The position numbers and the translations under genes are program-made. A stretch of 64,000 bases of DNA, taken from the NCBI GenBank assembly GCA_963662665.2, contig CAXXJS010000061.1, positions 32,001 to 96,000 of the forward strand. Direction: 5' to 3'. The number at the start of each line of letters is the position of its first letter. Position 1 is the first letter of the stretch. The notes under the pieces are model-generated. The model was not told the origin of the DNA. It made no database searches and was given only the letters and a program-made list of their open reading frames with translations. Positions 61,209-64,000 of the stretch are shown piece after piece. Source of the DNA: Candidatus Latescibacterota bacterium (GTDB lineage Bacteria > Latescibacterota > UBA2968 > GCA-2709665).

Positions 61209-61298
61209 ATCTAACACAGCATTTTGCGCTGCGGCGTATACGCGCCTTGGGCTACGCCAACCCGCTGCGCGGGTTCGCAAATCGTGAAACCGTTATAT
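61209..61298 (+). other. attC site (family B, intact)
   Basis: ATCTAAC...ATTTTGCG...TTCGCAAAT...GTTATAT. Confidence 0.9.
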
Positions 61299-61820
61299 GT
61301 CATGCCAGAATCTTCTTGAGTCTAGAATTCAATGCGACTAGTACTCGTCCGCCACGGACAAGGCAAAGACCAGCTGACCGAGACGAACTCCGGTGAGCGC
61401 ACTTGCTCAGGTCTCACGGACTTGGGCAGGGAGCAAGTTTACGCGCTCGCGACACATCTTCGAGAGTCAGGTGAATTCTCCGATTGTCAGACGTTACTCA
61501 GCAGCACTATTGCGCGAGCGCGGCAGACCGCCAAGGTATTGTTGGATGTCTTGCCGGCACAATGCGTAACCGAGGATCCAGATCTATGTGAGCTGCGAAT
61601 GGGCCAAGCCGAGGGTCTCACCACCTCCGAGATCCAGACAAAGTATGGCGACGCAACGCCTCCGGGCGCGGAAACTTTCCAAGAATTGTTTGACAGAGCA
61701 CATTCAACGTTGTTGTCCTACTCGCGGCGATTCAACGGGCAGACAGTAATGGCAGTGACACATGGCGGATTCATCGTCGGGTCAACGATTAGGCTTCTTT
61801 CAGGCCCCGAGACCAAAGTC

Positions 61821-63246
61821 GGGCAAGTACTATTTTCAGTTGAAAAAGGAGAGGCGTTTAGTCAGCGGCGTAGGCCTCTTGAGAGTCATGATCAAGGTTG
61901 AGATGTTTGCGTAGGGCAAGTCTGAGTGTGGGAAGGAATCGGTATCCTTTGATTCTCCGCAAACGGGGCTGTATATCCAACAGCGCGGCTGCCAACCACC
62001 GATATCGCTGATCGGAGTTGTTCCATCGCTTTACGTTCCGTGTGCGCTGTGCGACCATGGCGTTGAGTGATTCGATACAGTTGGTGGTGCGGAACGACTG
62101 TTTGAGGTGCGGCATGAGTCCAAGGCGATGCAGGGTGAGGGTTTCTTCGAGCCCTTCCTCAAGGCTGTTCAGTGCCGATGCATTCATCAGCGCCAGGGAG
62201 GGCTTGAGGGTCTTCAGCGCGGCTTTGGCGTCTGTGTAGGTCTCCTTGTCGTAAGCATCGTGGAGGGCCTTTCTGACCTCGTCCTGCTGTGATTTGGGCA
62301 GATAGGCGATCACATTCTCCCGTTTGTGCCACTGACAGCGTTGGATTGCCACATATCCGGAGAGGGCCTTGGTGAGGGCGGCCCGCAATCCCCTGGAGCC
62401 GTCGATGAGGCACAGCAGCCCCTGTTGATACTGCAATCCGCGATCGATGAGGGCATCCACGAACTGGCGGCACACGCGCTCGTTTTCACTGGCGGCCTGC
62501 ACGAACCCCAGCGGGATCTTGTGCCCGTCGATGGTCACGCCAAGGGCGATGATCATTTCCTGATCGGCAAAGGTCTTGCCATCCATAAACAGACCCACCA
62601 GGTCATCGCCCGCAAGCGACCGTTCTTGAAACTGTCTCAGCTTGGCCGCCGATGCCTTAATGAACCGCCTGGAGACACTCGAAGAAGACAAACCAAACGC
62701 CTCGGGTACCGCTTCTGCGCAACCTTCATACGAACGCGTGGCAATGCCGCTGACGACGCGCAGCAGCAACCCTTCGTCCATGTGTCTGGGGCGCTGCAAG
62801 CGATGATACACCTCGAGAGGAACTTCCTCATTGGCTTCCACGTCGCGAACCCTGGGCACCGCAACAGGCACCTTTTGGTCCGACAGATACACCGATCCCG
62901 ATTGCGCGCCCCACCGGCGATTCGGAGTCTTGCCCGCTTTGCGAGTGTATCTCTGGCCCGTCAACGCGGCGACCTCATTCTGCAGGATTTCTTCCACGGC
63001 GTCCAAGCCCAGCGGGATCAGCGACTGGATCAATGCGACCCGGACGTCAACATCCTCCAGCGCACCTGCGGGGACCGCCCCGGACCTCACACCACCATCT
63101 GTGCTCAACTTGACTTCACGGGACTTCGATGTTACCTTGCGCATCACAGGCTCCTTTCGTATGAGGATACAGTCTTCTTCCACGAGATTACCGTATCCAA
63201 TTTACATCGGAGCCTCTTCTATTTCAACTAAGGTAGGCACACTCCC
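61821..63246 (-). mobile_element. IS256-family insertion sequence
   Basis: ~35-bp imperfect IRs (GGG...AGTTGAAA.AG.AGAGGC); 8-bp duplication CCAAAGTC (61813-61820, 63247-63254). Confidence 0.93.
61858..63144 (-). CDS. IS256-family (Mutator) transposase
   Basis: FMDG; LIDGS.GL; QRCQWHK..N; RTTNCIES.N. Confidence 0.95.
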   Translation of the reverse strand: MRKVTSKSREVKLSTDGGVRSGAVPAGALEDVDVRVALIQSLIPLGLDAVEEILQNEVAALTGQRYTRKAGKTPNRRWGAQSGSVYLSDQKVPVAVPRVRDVEANEEVPLEVYHRLQRPRHMDEGLLLRVVSGIATRSYEGCAEAVPEAFGLSSSSVSRRFIKASAAKLRQFQERSLAGDDLVGLFMDGKTFADQEMIIALGVTIDGHKIPLGFVQAASENERVCRQFVDALIDRGLQYQQGLLCLIDGSRGLRAALTKALSGYVAIQRCQWHKRENVIAYLPKSQQDEVRKALHDAYDKETYTDAKAALKTLKPSLALMNASALNSLEEGLEETLTLHRLGLMPHLKQSFRTTNCIESLNAMVAQRTRNVKRWNNSDQRYRWLAAALLDIQPRLRRIKGYRFLPTLRLALRKHLNLDHDSQEAYAAD

Positions 63247-63394
63247 CCAAAGTCTGGCTACATCCTTTGAATACAGGCATTACTGAATGGTCTCTGTCTG
63301 ACGGGACCTGGACTCTTGTCCAATACAACAATGCTTACCATTTGCATCGACTGAACGAGAGCAGTTGATCCTCGGTGGGAGGGGAAGGCACGAC

Positions 63395-63476
63395 ATATAA
63401 CACGTCCGTGCCCGGCTTCGGGCATACGCCCGACGCGCAACCGCTTCGCGGTTCTGGCACGGCGAAAACGTTATGT
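63395..63476 (+). other. attC site (family A, intact)
   Basis: ATATAAC-ACGT-CCGTGCC...GGCACGG-CGAAAAC-GTTATGT. Confidence 0.92.
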
Positions 63477-63527
63477 GACATGCTCTTTTAGCACGGAAGG
63501 ACTATACACTGCGGAGGATTGGACACC

Positions 63528-64000
63528 ATGAGCGTCGACGTTGAGGACCTGATCAAGGCCAGTAGAGAGGGTGATTGGGATGCAGTTAGACAGATTATAG
63601 ATAGTGGCGTTGACGTTAACGCCCAAGGAAGTCACGGAAATACAGCATTGGTTAGCTCTTTTGCCTTCGGCGATCACTTCGAATTGGTCCGCTATCTCAT
63701 TTCTGTGGGCGCCAACGTGGACTACACAGGAATGGAGGAGGGCAGTCCTTTGATGTTGGCTGCGTTCGGGGGAAAGACCGAGCATATGAAGCTATTTCTG
63801 GAGGCCGGCGCTGACGTGAATTTGGCAATGCCGGGTGGAGGAGAGACTGCACTGCATGATGCGGCCGTGGCGGGTCATTCTGGCGCGGCAAAACTTTTGA
63901 TCGATGCCGGGGCAGATGTAAACAAGGCTGCCAATTCTAACGCAACAACTTCAATGTTCACCGATCGAAAACTTATGGGCGAAACACCTTTGCATTTTGC
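63528..64000 (+). CDS. ankyrin-repeat protein (runs off the window)
   Basis: Manual translation MSVDVEDLIKASREGD...GVDVNAQGSHGNTAL...GETALHDAA; GGAGG RBS. Confidence 0.88.
   Translation, partial: MSVDVEDLIKASREGDWDAVRQIIDSGVDVNAQGSHGNTALVSSFAFGDHFELVRYLISVGANVDYTGMEEGSPLMLAAFGGKTEHMKLFLEAGADVNLAMPGGGETALHDAAVAGHSGAAKLLIDAGADVNKAANSNATTSMFTDRKLMGETPLHF

Larger units (their letters stand above)
61332..63368 (+). pseudogene. histidine phosphatase family gene interrupted by IS256
   Basis: LVRHG, SS...RA.QTA, VTHGG; frame resumes after the IS as WLHPLNTGITEW....W.L..YNN..HL. Confidence 0.9.

Noticed and set aside
344-63476. CRISPR array
   Set aside because: Repeats are 80-190 bp, degenerate and separated by whole genes; no cas genes.
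1-64000. Integron integrase/attI, tRNA, rRNA or prophage genes
   Set aside because: No tyrosine-recombinase motifs, structural RNA signatures or phage hallmark proteins recognised in any frame.

Overview
64-kb accessory region of a moderately GC-rich bacterium; the gene repertoire is reminiscent of Latescibacterota/Poribacteria-like lineages (inference only). About 60 short, functionally unrelated genes lie almost all on the + strand: SAM methyltransferases, NUDIX, GNAT, VOC, nucleotidyltransferases, phosphotransferases, ankyrin/kelch/PQQ/PD40 repeat proteins and three toxin-antitoxin loci. They are separated by roughly 20 intact-to-decayed attC-like sites (RYYYAAC...GTTRRRY hairpins), so the window reads as a long integron gene-cassette array with no integrase visible. 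Five cassettes have their two ends complementary over 15-23 bp, far beyond the canonical 7-bp R box, and the match is cassette-specific. The array is colonised by other mobile DNA: six co-oriented copies of a ~191-bp MITE with IS1380/ISEcp1-like ends and 4-bp target duplications, a complete non-IIC group II intron inserted precisely inside one MITE copy, a full IS1380, a full IS256 and two REP-like families. Many genes are truncated or frameshifted, consistent with a fossilising array. Coordinates and alignments were worked out by eye.
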